This document shows, one piece after another, positions 13,932 through 23,346 of a stretch of DNA of 64,000 nucleotides (position 1 is its first letter; each line of letters begins with the position of its first letter). The notes below the pieces were generated by a model. The model made no database searches. It saw nothing but the letters and a program-made list of their open reading frames with translations, and was not told the origin of the DNA. The position numbers and the translations under genes are program-made. The DNA is from Clostridia bacterium (GTDB taxonomy: Bacteria; Bacillota; Clostridia; Oscillospirales; CAG-272): positions 9,649 to 73,648 of the forward strand of contig JAGBBQ010000033.1 of assembly GCA_017938425.1 (NCBI GenBank). Reading direction: 5' to 3'.

Positions 13932-14777
13932 ATGGAAGCATGCGGAAAAACATACAGCAGCGGTACCGCGAAGGAGGAGATCTATGCCTTCGCGAAGGAG
14001 GGAGAGCTGCCCCTCTCAATTTTAATGGCAGGCATCACAAATCCCGATCCCGCCTATCGTATCGAGCGCAGCAGAGAGCGCAGCCGGTTCTTCGTTTTTG
14101 AATACGTGATCGCGGGGCGCGGGCGGCTCCTGATCGACGGAGAGCGCTTCGACCTTACCGCGGGAGATACCTACATTCTTACTCCGGATACGGAGCAGTG
14201 CTATTATTCCGACAAGAGCGATCCGCTGAAAAAAATATGGGTGAACCTCGAATCGACCTATCTTTCCACCCTACTCGAAGCACACGGGCTCTGCTGCGGC
14301 GTATATCGCTATAATGCGTACGCGAGGCTTGAAGAAATATTTACGATCGCCAAAAGCGGAAGAAGCGTTGCCGCGGTTTCGCAGCAGATCGCGCCGATTC
14401 TGCTTTCGCTGATCGAGGCATTGAGCGGACGGTACGAGCAGAAAAGGGAGAACGGCACGGCGCAGATCGCGAGAGCGCGCATCGATGCGCTGAACGGCAA
14501 AGCCTTTTCCCCCTCGGCACTCGCAGAGGAGCTGCACGTTTCCCTCTCAACGCTGACGCGCGATTTCCTTTCCGCCTACGGCGCCACTCCCTACGAATAC
14601 TATCTCTCACACAAGGAGATGCTGGCAAAGAGCCTCTTGCAGAATACCGCGCTCTCCGCCAAGGAGATCGCCTACCGCCTCGGCTTTGCGGATGAGCATT
14701 ATTTTTCCAACTTCTTTAAAAAGCGCACGGGGCTGCGCCCGATGGAATATAAAAAGGGATGCTTTTTCGGTCCTTGA
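13932..14777 (+). CDS. AraC/XylS-family transcriptional regulator (cupin + HTH)
   Basis: The C-terminal region reads AKEIAYRLGFADEHYFSNFFKKRTGLRPMEYKK. The start was chosen at MEACGK, downstream of the promoter. Confidence 0.85.
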   Translation: MEACGKTYSSGTAKEEIYAFAKEGELPLSILMAGITNPDPAYRIERSRERSRFFVFEYVIAGRGRLLIDGERFDLTAGDTYILTPDTEQCYYSDKSDPLKKIWVNLESTYLSTLLEAHGLCCGVYRYNAYARLEEIFTIAKSGRSVAAVSQQIAPILLSLIEALSGRYEQKRENGTAQIARARIDALNGKAFSPSALAEELHVSLSTLTRDFLSAYGATPYEYYLSHKEMLAKSLLQNTALSAKEIAYRLGFADEHYFSNFFKKRTGLRPMEYKKGCFFGP

Positions 14778-14806
14778 CCGAAGGCATCCCTTAAAACTAT
14801 GCTTTT

Positions 14807-16399
14807 TTAAGCCTGCTGCTTTTTGCGCTCCAGATATTCCTCATACGTGCCAAGGAAGTCCGTGCATCCCTCGGGCGAAAGCTCGATAATGCGGTTTGCC
14901 ACCGTGGCAAGGATCTCGTAGTCATGCGAGGAGAAAAGGATATTGCCCTTGAAGGACTGCATACCGTTGTTGACTGCGGTGATGGATTCAAGATCCAGAT
15001 GGTCGGTCGGCTGATCGATCATCAAAAGATTCGAGCCAAACATCATCATACGCGAGAACATACAACGCACCTTCTCACCGCCCGAAAGAACGTTCACGGG
15101 CTTGAAAACGCTCTCGTTGGAAAAGAGCATTTTGCCAAGGAAGCCGCGCAGATACGACTCGGTCTGATCCTTGGAATACGCACGCATCCAATCGAGGATC
15201 GACTCCTTATGGCCATCAAAGTACGCGGAATTATCGTGCGGAAAATACGAGGTCGTGATCGATACGCCGAACTTGAACTCTCCGCTATCGGCTTTCGCCT
15301 CCTCGTTTAAGATCCTGAAGAGCTGGGTGATCGCAAGCTCGTTTCCGAGAAAGGCGATCTTATCCCCCTTCGCAACATGGAAGGAGAGGCCCTTAAAAAG
15401 AGGCTTTCCCTCGAGCGATGCAGAAAGATCTTCAACGTGCAAAATCTCCTTACCCGGCTCGCGATCCATATCGAAGCCGATAAACGGATAGCGGCGGCTG
15501 GATGCGGGAAGCTCCTCGATCGTCAGCTTATCCAAGAGCTTGCGGCGCGAGGTCGCCTGCCTGGATTTTGACTTATTTGCAGAAAAACGGGAGATAAAGC
15601 TTTGCAGTTCTGCGATCTTCTCCTCGTTCTTCTTGTTCTGCAGCTTGATCATACGCTGGATCAGCTGGCTCGACTCATACCAGAACTCATAGTTTCCGAC
15701 GTACATTTTAATACCCGAATAGTCGATATCGACGATACCGGTGCAAACGTCATTCAAAAAATGGCGGTCATGCGAGACGACAAGCACCGTGCCGAAATAA
15801 TCCGAGAGAAAGTTTTCAAGCCACAGAACGGCATCAATATCAAGACCGTTGGTCGGCTCGTCAAGAAGGATAATATCGGGATTGCCGAAGAGCGCCTGTG
15901 CAAGCAGGACCTTGACCTTCTCGCTCTCCTTCAGACTCGACATCGGCATATAAAGCATATCGTCCGTCAGACCGAGACCCTGGATCAACTTCGAGGCATC
16001 GCTCTCCGCCTCCCAGCCGTTCAGCTCGGCAAACTCGCCCTCGAGCTCCGAGGCACGGATGCCGTCCTCGTCCGAGAAGTCCTCCTTCGCATAAAGGGCG
16101 TCCTTCTCCTTCATAATATCGTACAGACGGCGGTTACCCATAATTACGGTATCGAGCACCGTGAACTCCTCGAAGGCAAAGTGGTTCTGCTTCAGAACCG
16201 AAAGACGTACCTCGGGCGGGATGATGACCTCACCCCTCGTGGGCTCAAGCTCGCCGCACAGAATGCGAAGAAAGGTGGATTTTCCCGCGCCGTTGGCACC
16301 GATGATGCCATAGCAGTTGCCGGGGGTGAATTTCAGATCTACGTCCTTGAATAAAAGCTGGCCGCCAAACCGGAAGGCCACGTTGCTGACTGTTATCAT
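14807..16399 (-). CDS. ABC-F family ATPase (two ABC domains, no TMD; YbiT-like, 530 aa)
   Basis: It has GANGAGKST, a second P-loop region, LSGGEK signatures and an inter-domain linker. Confidence 0.85.
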   Translation of the reverse strand: MITVSNVAFRFGGQLLFKDVDLKFTPGNCYGIIGANGAGKSTFLRILCGELEPTRGEVIIPPEVRLSVLKQNHFAFEEFTVLDTVIMGNRRLYDIMKEKDALYAKEDFSDEDGIRASELEGEFAELNGWEAESDASKLIQGLGLTDDMLYMPMSSLKESEKVKVLLAQALFGNPDIILLDEPTNGLDIDAVLWLENFLSDYFGTVLVVSHDRHFLNDVCTGIVDIDYSGIKMYVGNYEFWYESSQLIQRMIKLQNKKNEEKIAELQSFISRFSANKSKSRQATSRRKLLDKLTIEELPASSRRYPFIGFDMDREPGKEILHVEDLSASLEGKPLFKGLSFHVAKGDKIAFLGNELAITQLFRILNEEAKADSGEFKFGVSITTSYFPHDNSAYFDGHKESILDWMRAYSKDQTESYLRGFLGKMLFSNESVFKPVNVLSGGEKVRCMFSRMMMFGSNLLMIDQPTDHLDLESITAVNNGMQSFKGNILFSSHDYEILATVANRIIELSPEGCTDFLGTYEEYLERKKQQA

Positions 16400-16411
16400 T
16401 TTCGATTCCCT

Positions 16412-17218
16412 TTATCTTTCGTTTTCAAGCGCGGTGAGAAGCGCGCGGATATTCTCAAACACATAGGTGGGCTTAATATCGGATGCCATAAGCTTTTCCT
16501 TATCCGTTCCGCCCGAAAGAACGAGGATCGAGGATACCCCCGCATTGTTGCCTGCGAGAATATCGGTTTTCAGCATATCACCGACCATCGCGGTCTCGCT
16601 CCTGTCATAGCCGTATTTTTTCATTGCCATTTCGATCATCGTGGGCTCGGGCTTGCCGATATAATGCGGCATTTTGCCTGTCGCGTTGAAAAATCCGATG
16701 GCAAAGGAGCCGCAATCCGGCACGTATCCGTATGCCGTGGGGCACGCGGGATCGGGGTTCGTGGCAAGGTAGACGGCGCCGCGCGTCAGAAGTCTGGAAA
16801 CATCATCCATCTTCTTGAACGTGATCTCGGTATCGTTGGAGATCAGGACGCCGCCGATCTCGTCAAAGCGCCCGATGTCCGTGGTAACCGAAAGCCCCGC
16901 ATCCAGCAGCTGGCGCACGAAGGACTCCGTGCCCATCGCGTAGAAGAGGACCTCGGGATAGTTCTCTTTGATATAAAGAACGGTGGCATCCGTAGAGGTA
17001 ATAAAGTCCTCCGCCGTGGCAGAAATGCCGATGCGCGCCATTTTTTCAATATATTTATCGATTCCCTTAGAGGAATTGTTGGTCAAAAACAGTGCCTTAC
17101 CGCCGATCCTCTTCACGTAGGCAAGAAAATCCAGCGTTCCGTCAAAAAGATCGTTGTCAAGATAGATCGTTCCGTCCATATCCAGACAGAAAAGACGGAC
17201 ATTCTTTAATTTTTCCAT
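16412..17218 (-). CDS. HAD-IIA family hydrolase (NagD-like sugar phosphatase)
   Basis: FCLDMDGTIY, FLTNNSS and GDMLKTDILAGNNAG. Confidence 0.8.
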   Translation of the reverse strand: MEKLKNVRLFCLDMDGTIYLDNDLFDGTLDFLAYVKRIGGKALFLTNNSSKGIDKYIEKMARIGISATAEDFITSTDATVLYIKENYPEVLFYAMGTESFVRQLLDAGLSVTTDIGRFDEIGGVLISNDTEITFKKMDDVSRLLTRGAVYLATNPDPACPTAYGYVPDCGSFAIGFFNATGKMPHYIGKPEPTMIEMAMKKYGYDRSETAMVGDMLKTDILAGNNAGVSSILVLSGGTDKEKLMASDIKPTYVFENIRALLTALENER

Positions 17219-17282
17219 ATCCTGCTCTCTTTCATGGAAAAGAGGCGCGCCTTACAACGGCAAACGCCTCTTTTATATTTCT

Positions 17283-18302
17283 TTAATCCTCGGGATACCC
17301 GTCGGGATTGTTTCTCTGCCATCTTGCAGAGTCCTCACACATTTTTGCGAGGTCGCGCTCGGCGCGCCAGCCCAGCACCTTCTCCGCCTTCGCGGGATCG
17401 GCATAGCACTCCGCAATATCGCCCGGACGGCGAGGTCCGATCTTATAATTCACGGGACCGCCCCACGCCTTCTCAAAGGCGGCGATCATCTCGAGCACGG
17501 AATAGCCGTTGCCGGTACCGACATTCACGTGATCCACGCCCTTCATTCTCTCGGTGTAGTCCAGCGCCTTCAGATGTGCGAGCGCAAGGTCCACGACGTG
17601 GATGAAGTCGCGCACGCCCGTTCCGTCCTTGGTATCGTAATCGTTGCCGAATACGCTGAGGCACGCAAGCTTGCCTGCGGCAACCTTTGCGATATAAGGC
17701 AAAAGGTTATTGGGAATTCCCTTGGGATCCTCACCGATCGTGCCACTCTCGTGCGCACCGATAGGATTGAAATAGCGGAGGATGCAAGCGGAGAAATCGG
17801 GATTCGCCGCAGCGGTATCCTTCAGAATACGCTCGATCATCAGCTTGGTCTCACCATAAGGGTTGGTCGTGGAAAGCGGGAAATCCTCGCGGATCGGCAC
17901 GGATTTGGGAAGACCGTACACCGTTGCGGAGGAGCTGAACACGATGCGGTTCACCCCATGGGCGAGCATACATTCAAGAAGATGGAAGGTGCCCGTCAGG
18001 TTGTTATGGTAATAAAGAAGAGGCTTGGCGCAGGATTCGCCGACCGCCTTGAGACCCGCAAAATGAATAACGGAATCGATCTCGGGATTCTCGTCAAACA
18101 CGCGATCCAGAGTCTGCTTATCAAGAAGATCGCAAAGGACGAACTTCGGGCGCTTACCCGTGATTTTCTCAATACGATCCAAAACGCAAAGCTTACTGTT
18201 GGAAAGATTATCCACGATGATAACGTCCTTGCCGACGTTCAAAAGCTCTACCACGGTATGCGAACCGATATAACCGGTACCGCCCGTTACAAGAATAGAC
18301 AT
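17283..18302 (-). CDS. galE: UDP-glucose 4-epimerase
   Basis: [15 protein letters not shown], a YGETK catalytic motif, 339 aa. Confidence 0.9.
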   Translation of the reverse strand: MSILVTGGTGYIGSHTVVELLNVGKDVIIVDNLSNSKLCVLDRIEKITGKRPKFVLCDLLDKQTLDRVFDENPEIDSVIHFAGLKAVGESCAKPLLYYHNNLTGTFHLLECMLAHGVNRIVFSSSATVYGLPKSVPIREDFPLSTTNPYGETKLMIERILKDTAAANPDFSACILRYFNPIGAHESGTIGEDPKGIPNNLLPYIAKVAAGKLACLSVFGNDYDTKDGTGVRDFIHVVDLALAHLKALDYTERMKGVDHVNVGTGNGYSVLEMIAAFEKAWGGPVNYKIGPRRPGDIAECYADPAKAEKVLGWRAERDLAKMCEDSARWQRNNPDGYPED

Positions 18303-18378
18303 AATACACCTCCATATATATTAAAGATCCGGGGAAAACAAAAAAGAGCAGATGGCTTCCACTCTTTTTTGTCAAATA

Positions 18379-18657
18379 TTAGTCAGCGTAAACGCTAACC
18401 TGCTTTCTGCCGCCGGAAATGTGCTCAAACTTCACCTTTCCGCTAATAAGAGCAAAAAGAGTATCATCCGTACCGATACCTACGTTGTTACCGGGATGGA
18501 TCTTGGTGCCGCGCTGTCTTACAAGAATGTTACCTGCAAGAACTGCCTGACCGTCAGCCTTCTTCACGCCGAGACGCTTGGACTCGGAATCACGGCCGTT
18601 TTTAGTAGAACCAACGCCCTTCTTATGAGCGAAGAATTGCAAGCTAAGCTTCAACAT
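18379..18657 (-). CDS. rpmA: 50S ribosomal protein L27 with a cleavable N-terminal extension
   Basis: [32 protein letters not shown]. Confidence 0.95.
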   Translation of the reverse strand: MLKLSLQFFAHKKGVGSTKNGRDSESKRLGVKKADGQAVLAGNILVRQRGTKIHPGNNVGIGTDDTLFALISGKVKFEHISGGRKQVSVYAD

Positions 18658-18693
18658 TTTCTTTACCTCCGTATTTTTTTGAGTAATGGTTGC

Positions 18694-19050
18694 TCAGATC
18701 TCGCGCTCGATCTCTTTGACGTCAAGGAATTCGTAATACTCCTCAACAAGATCCATAAGCTGCAAGAAATAAGCCTGGATAAGACCCGAGACCGCATACT
18801 GCTTTCTCTCATCGGGCTCATACTTCGCAAGAGCACCCTTGCAGATCAGGCGGATATCCGCCGTCTTCTCATCGATCGTGTACTCCACGTCGGATGCATA
18901 GGTGACCTCGACCGCATTGATAATCAGCATCGTCATACTCGACAGCGCCGCGCAGAGCACATCGTCTCCCGACTCGCCGTAACCCGTATGACCCTGCTCC
19001 TCAAAGCCGTAGTAAACACCGCCGGTCTTATAAAAAGTAATGGTTGTCAT
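18694..19050 (-). CDS. prp: Ribosomal-processing cysteine protease Prp
   Basis: It lies between rplU and rpmA. GHTGYGESGDDVLCAALS carries the His/Cys dyad. Confidence 0.9.
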   Translation of the reverse strand: MTTITFYKTGGVYYGFEEQGHTGYGESGDDVLCAALSSMTMLIINAVEVTYASDVEYTIDEKTADIRLICKGALAKYEPDERKQYAVSGLIQAYFLQLMDLVEEYYEFLDVKEIEREI

Positions 19051-19055
19051 AAGAT

Positions 19056-19364
19056 TTAAGCCTCGATCTTTGCGATCTGGATCTTAGTGTAATCCTGACG
19101 ATGACCGATCTTCTTCTTTTCGTTCTTCTTCGACTTATACTTGATAACGTCGATCTTCTTGGACTTGCCGTTCTTAAGAACGGTAGCAACCACGGTAGCA
19201 CCTGCTACATAAGGAGTACCAACGGACAAAGTCTCACCGTTTACTGCAAGAACCTTATCAAAGGTAACGTTCTCGCCCTCGGCTACGCCAAGCTTCTCAA
19301 CGAAGATCACATCTCCCTCGGCAACCTTGTACTGCTTTCCACCCGTTACGAAAATAGCGAACAT
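19056..19364 (-). CDS. rplU: 50S ribosomal protein L21
   Basis: [25 protein letters not shown]. The track start at 19373 adds 3 unlikely codons. Confidence 0.95.
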   Translation of the reverse strand: MFAIFVTGGKQYKVAEGDVIFVEKLGVAEGENVTFDKVLAVNGETLSVGTPYVAGATVVATVLKNGKSKKIDVIKYKSKKNEKKKIGHRQDYTKIQIAKIEA

Positions 19365-19450
19365 GTAAAGCACCTCACTTTCAGTAAGAAATCGCTGCTG
19401 TAGGCGGCTTTCGCACTTAGGCCCAAAACAAGCGTCAAAGTATTATATCA

Positions 19451-19479
19451 TTTATTTTGACAAAAGTCAATAGGTTTTG
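19451..19479 (-). promoter_or_regulatory. Consensus promoter (TTGACT-17-TATAAT on the minus strand) of the rplU-prp-rpmA operon, followed by a ~75-nt leader
   Basis: On the plus strand, AGTCAA is at 19474-19479 and ATTATA at 19451-19456. The leader at 19374-19444 may be an L21-leader-type element, but this is not verified. Confidence 0.6.
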
Positions 19480-19519
19480 TAAAAAATCCCTCGTTTTTTA
19501 GAATCTTTTTACAAAAATA

Positions 19520-19972
19520 TTATTCCTCGGTCTGACAGGATGCACAATCCTCGCAATCGCCGTCGCATCCGTCGCAAACGTCAAAATCCATTACCTTCTC
19601 GCCGCAGGCGGGGCAAATAAGCGAATCGGTATCCAGCGTATCGTCAAAATACACGGTCTCACCGCAGGAGGGGCATTCTACCTCGTAAAAGCCGTCGTCC
19701 TCCTCGCTGACAAGATCCTCCTCATCCTCTTGCTCATCCTCCTCGGGATCGGTCACGAAAACGCTCTCCTCCACGTAGCCGAGATCCTCGTCCAGCTCCT
19801 CGATATAATCGCGAAGCTCGGCGCACTCGCCCTCCAGCGCGGAAAGCTTATCCGCCATATCGGAGATCAGAGAGAGCATCTCGGAGAGAATCCTTCCCTC
19901 CTTTTCCTTACTGTCAATACCGTAGCCCTCAAAAAGGCCCTGCACGTATGCGGCACGCTCATTCAAAGTCAT
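19520..19972 (-). CDS. Conserved clostridial acidic protein with a C-terminal zinc ribbon and a Cys-rich tail (CD1247-N-domain-like)
   Basis: The start MTLNERAAYVQGLFEG is preceded by AAAGGAGAAA. It contains CPSCG...CPACG and then CDGCDGDCEDCASC. Confidence 0.6.
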   Translation of the reverse strand: MTLNERAAYVQGLFEGYGIDSKEKEGRILSEMLSLISDMADKLSALEGECAELRDYIEELDEDLGYVEESVFVTDPEEDEQEDEEDLVSEEDDGFYEVECPSCGETVYFDDTLDTDSLICPACGEKVMDFDVCDGCDGDCEDCASCQTEE

Positions 19973-20065
19973 TTTCTTTTTCTCCTTTTCAGATAAATAG
20001 AAAGCAGCCGGCTCGGTCACGGCAGGAATGCACCCAACGGACGAGCCGGCCACCGTCAAAGAGCC

Positions 20066-20623
20066 TTACGCTCTTTCAAGATATTCACCGGTTCTGGTGT
20101 CGATTCTAAGGACGTCACCCTCATTGATGAAGATCGGAACCTTGATCACAGCGCCGGTCTCAAGGGTTGCTGCCTTGGTTACGTTCGTAGCGGTATCGCC
20201 GCGAACGCCGGGCTCGGTCTCGGTTACGGCGAGCTCAACGAACGTGGGGGGCTCTACGGAAAATACGTTACCCTTGAAGGAGCAGATACGGCAAACCGTG
20301 TTCTCCTTAACGAACTTGAAGTTATCGCCGAGCTTCTCTGCATTCAGAGGGATCTGCTCGTAGGACTCCTGGTCCATAAAGTAGTAAAGATCGCCGTCAT
20401 TGTAAAGATACTCAAGATCGCGGCGCTCGATAACGGCATTCTCAAACTTAGCGGTGGGGTTGAAGGACTCCTCACGGATCGCACCGGTAACAACGTTCTT
20501 ATACTTCGTTCTTACGAACGCAGCACCCTTTCCGGGCTTTACGTGCTGGAACTCGATAACCTGGCAAACCTGACCGTCCTTCTCAAAGGTCACGCCATTT
20601 TTAAAATCGCCTGCAGTCAACAT
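20066..20623 (-). CDS. efp: Elongation factor P
   Basis: [43 protein letters not shown]. Confidence 0.95.
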   Translation of the reverse strand: MLTAGDFKNGVTFEKDGQVCQVIEFQHVKPGKGAAFVRTKYKNVVTGAIREESFNPTAKFENAVIERRDLEYLYNDGDLYYFMDQESYEQIPLNAEKLGDNFKFVKENTVCRICSFKGNVFSVEPPTFVELAVTETEPGVRGDTATNVTKAATLETGAVIKVPIFINEGDVLRIDTRTGEYLERA

Positions 20624-20809
20624 ATTTTTGATTCCTTTTCTCGGCGGTTAGATTTGTTAGGGAGCCTCTCGCACGCCGCCTGCCCTGCGCCTCCCGCGTA
20701 TTCAGCCAACTACGGCCTTATAACATACTAATTTATTTTACTACAAATGATCGCGTTTTTCAAGGGGTATTTGTAATTTTTTTCTTTTTTTGCAAAAAAA
20801 CTTGCAATT

Positions 20810-21874
20810 TTATATAATTTCGATCAGTTCCTTGGGGCTTTTCGTAAGATTTCTGATCCCCTTCGGCCCGATCACAACGAGATCCTCGATGCGGCAGCCG
20901 TACCTGCCCTCAAGATATATGCCCGGCTCGACCGTGACAACATGCCCCTCGGTCAAAAGCGTCTCGGTATTCTTTGCGCTCAGGCGGGGATTTTCGTGAA
21001 TGTAGAGACCGACACCGTGCCCGAGCGAATGCCCGAACGCTCCCTTATACCTTGCGTCGATGATCCTTCTTGCCACCGCATCCGCCTCGGAGCAAAGCAC
21101 GCCCGCACACAGAAAATCAAGTGCCGCCTTCTGTGCCGAAAGCACGGTGTTATAAAGCGTACGCATATCCTCCGTCGCCCTTCCGATCGCGACCGTGCGC
21201 GTCATATCCGAGCAATAGCCGCCGACCTCGGCGCCGAAATCCATCGTCAGAAACCCGCTTTCCAGCTTTACGGGCCGCGGCACGCCGTGCGGCAGAGCGC
21301 TCGCCTTTCCCGATACGGCGATCGTTTGAAAGGCAAATCCATCCGCACCGAGGCGGCGCATCCTGTATTCAAGCTCCGCGGCGACCTCGAGCTCGGTCAT
21401 TTTCGGCGTGAGCACCGAGAGAAGCTCGGCATATGCCTTGTCCGTGATGCTCTGCGCCCTTTCGATCCTTTCGATCTCCGCGTCGCTCTTGATCTCGCGC
21501 AAGCGGTCCACGCCGTCACCTACGTCGCAAAGGAGAACGCCCCTAAGGCTCTCTCTGTAGCGCTTATGCTCGGCGTATGAGAGAGCGCGCCCCTCAAAGC
21601 CAAGACGGCGCACACCCGCATCCTTCATCGTTTTCTTCAGAAAATCCATCCGTTTTTCGGGGATCACGACGGTATAGCCGCCAAGCGCCTCGGCCTCTGC
21701 CGCCTCCTTATAGCGAAAATCCGTAACAAGAAACGCCGCATCCTTAAGGATGAGCAGGCAGCCGTCCGAGAAGGCAAAGCCTGAGAGATATTGCTGATTT
21801 TTTTCGTCCGTGATCAGCACGGCATCCAGTGAGAGGCGCTCCAGCACCTCGCGCATTCTTTCAAGCGGCATCAT
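20810..21874 (-). CDS. M24-family Xaa-Pro aminopeptidase/dipeptidase
   Basis: A creatinase-like N-domain plus HSLGHGVGLYIHE and VTVEPGIY. Confidence 0.85.
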   Translation of the reverse strand: MMPLERMREVLERLSLDAVLITDEKNQQYLSGFAFSDGCLLILKDAAFLVTDFRYKEAAEAEALGGYTVVIPEKRMDFLKKTMKDAGVRRLGFEGRALSYAEHKRYRESLRGVLLCDVGDGVDRLREIKSDAEIERIERAQSITDKAYAELLSVLTPKMTELEVAAELEYRMRRLGADGFAFQTIAVSGKASALPHGVPRPVKLESGFLTMDFGAEVGGYCSDMTRTVAIGRATEDMRTLYNTVLSAQKAALDFLCAGVLCSEADAVARRIIDARYKGAFGHSLGHGVGLYIHENPRLSAKNTETLLTEGHVVTVEPGIYLEGRYGCRIEDLVVIGPKGIRNLTKSPKELIEII

Positions 21875-22722
21875 CCTCTGCTCCTTTCATATGCATCCTT
21901 CATGCGCTTTGCGTCGCGCGTCTGCGTTCCCGCAGACTCAGAGATCAGCGTGGGAGAAAGCTTCTCCCTCGCGATCGCCTCGCAAAGCGGCTCAAACGCC
22001 GGCCCGAAGGCTGCATCATCCAGCGTCAGATGGCGTTTTTCCCCCGCCGCCGTCCATTCAATCTTTGAAAAATGGCAATGCAGATTTCTTGCCACACCGT
22101 CACCGAGGCGGCTGCCGATGGCGTCAAATACACGAAGATAGGCATCCGCATCCGGAAAAACACCGCCGCACTCTCTTGCATTCATATGCCCGAAGTCCAC
22201 GACGGGAACAAGGCGCGGATCGATAGAGCAAAGCTCGATGACCTCGTCAAGCGTACCGAGCTGATTTTGCTTGCCCATCGTTTCAAGCCCGATACCGATG
22301 CCGTAGGTCTCCACGCTTTCGAGCGTTTTATAAAGGGTATCCCTCGCAAGATCCATCGCTTCCCTGCGCGAGATCTTGGCGGCAGAGCCCGTATGCACCA
22401 CGATAACACCCGCACCGAGCAGGCGCGCGGCAGAGAGGCTACGGCGGATATATTCCACGCTATTGAGCCTTTTCTGCGGCTCTACGCCCGAAAGCGAGAT
22501 AAAGTAGGGCGCGTGCAGAGACATTGCAATTCCCTGCCTCTTTGCCTCCTGCCCGATAAGAAGCAGGCTCTCGGCAGAAGCGGTCAGCCCGTTTCCCGCT
22601 TCGTATTCATAAGCGTCCAGCCCGTAGCGCTTCACGAAGAGCGGCGCGTCCAGAACGCTTTTTGCGCCCGAAAGGCGGAATTCCTCGCATCCGCCGCCCG
22701 GGCCGAATTTCGGCTCACACAT
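21871..22722 (-). CDS. Xylose-isomerase-like TIM-barrel protein (endonuclease IV-like family)
   Basis: LHAPYFISL, VVHTG, GLETMGK and FGHMNA are spaced like the metal ligands. Confidence 0.65.
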   Translation of the reverse strand: MCEPKFGPGGGCEEFRLSGAKSVLDAPLFVKRYGLDAYEYEAGNGLTASAESLLLIGQEAKRQGIAMSLHAPYFISLSGVEPQKRLNSVEYIRRSLSAARLLGAGVIVVHTGSAAKISRREAMDLARDTLYKTLESVETYGIGIGLETMGKQNQLGTLDEVIELCSIDPRLVPVVDFGHMNARECGGVFPDADAYLRVFDAIGSRLGDGVARNLHCHFSKIEWTAAGEKRHLTLDDAAFGPAFEPLCEAIAREKLSPTLISESAGTQTRDAKRMKDAYERSRG

Positions 22723-23221
22723 TCTTGTTTTTTCTCCTGAAATATCTTTTCATGATCGGGCGCTCCAGCCACCTTTTAAAGCGGGTGAGCGCATCGGTCT
22801 TATCCTTGATGGGAGGAACGAGCGCGCAGCGGATCCCCGCGAGGCGCGCCGCCAGCACATCCGTAAAGATCTGATCTCCCATAAAGAGCGTTTCGCCCTT
22901 CGTGACTTTCATCTCGCGCATCGCCCTTTTGATCTTGCCCGCAAAGGGCTTTTTTGCCTTTGGATAGGCGATAAAGCCGAGGGATTCGTTGAAGGTATCC
23001 ACACGCTCTTTATTATTATTCGAGACAAAGGCGGCGCGGATCCCCGCCTCGCCGAGCGAGGAAAACCAGGCAAGCACCCCCTCGGAGGGCCTTGCGTTTT
23101 CATACGGCTCCAGCGTATTATCAATATCGAGAACGAGCGCGCATATCCCCTGCTCCTTCAAAAACGAAGCGGAGGCGCCCGCATAGGTCTCAAAATAGAA
23201 ATCGGGTGAAAGAAGCGGCAT
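22715..23221 (-). CDS. YqeG-family HAD-IIIA phosphatase
   Basis: LVLDIDNTL, FVSNN and MGDQIFTDVLAA, 168 aa. Confidence 0.8.
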   Translation of the reverse strand: MPLLSPDFYFETYAGASASFLKEQGICALVLDIDNTLEPYENARPSEGVLAWFSSLGEAGIRAAFVSNNNKERVDTFNESLGFIAYPKAKKPFAGKIKRAMREMKVTKGETLFMGDQIFTDVLAARLAGIRCALVPPIKDKTDALTRFKRWLERPIMKRYFRRKNKNV

Positions 23222-23346
23222 AACGGTTCCTTTCCGTAAATATTTTTATTTATTATAACATTTTCTGCGGAGGTTGTCAAGAATTGTGCACCAAAAGCAA
23301 ATACGAAAAGGGGCTGTCGCATTTATTAATGAGACAGCCCCTTTTT

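Noticed and set aside
19374-19444. Calling the rplU 5' UTR an L21-leader RNA motif
   Set aside because: Position and length fit, but I cannot reproduce the Rfam consensus structure from memory, so it is left as a note on the promoter feature only.
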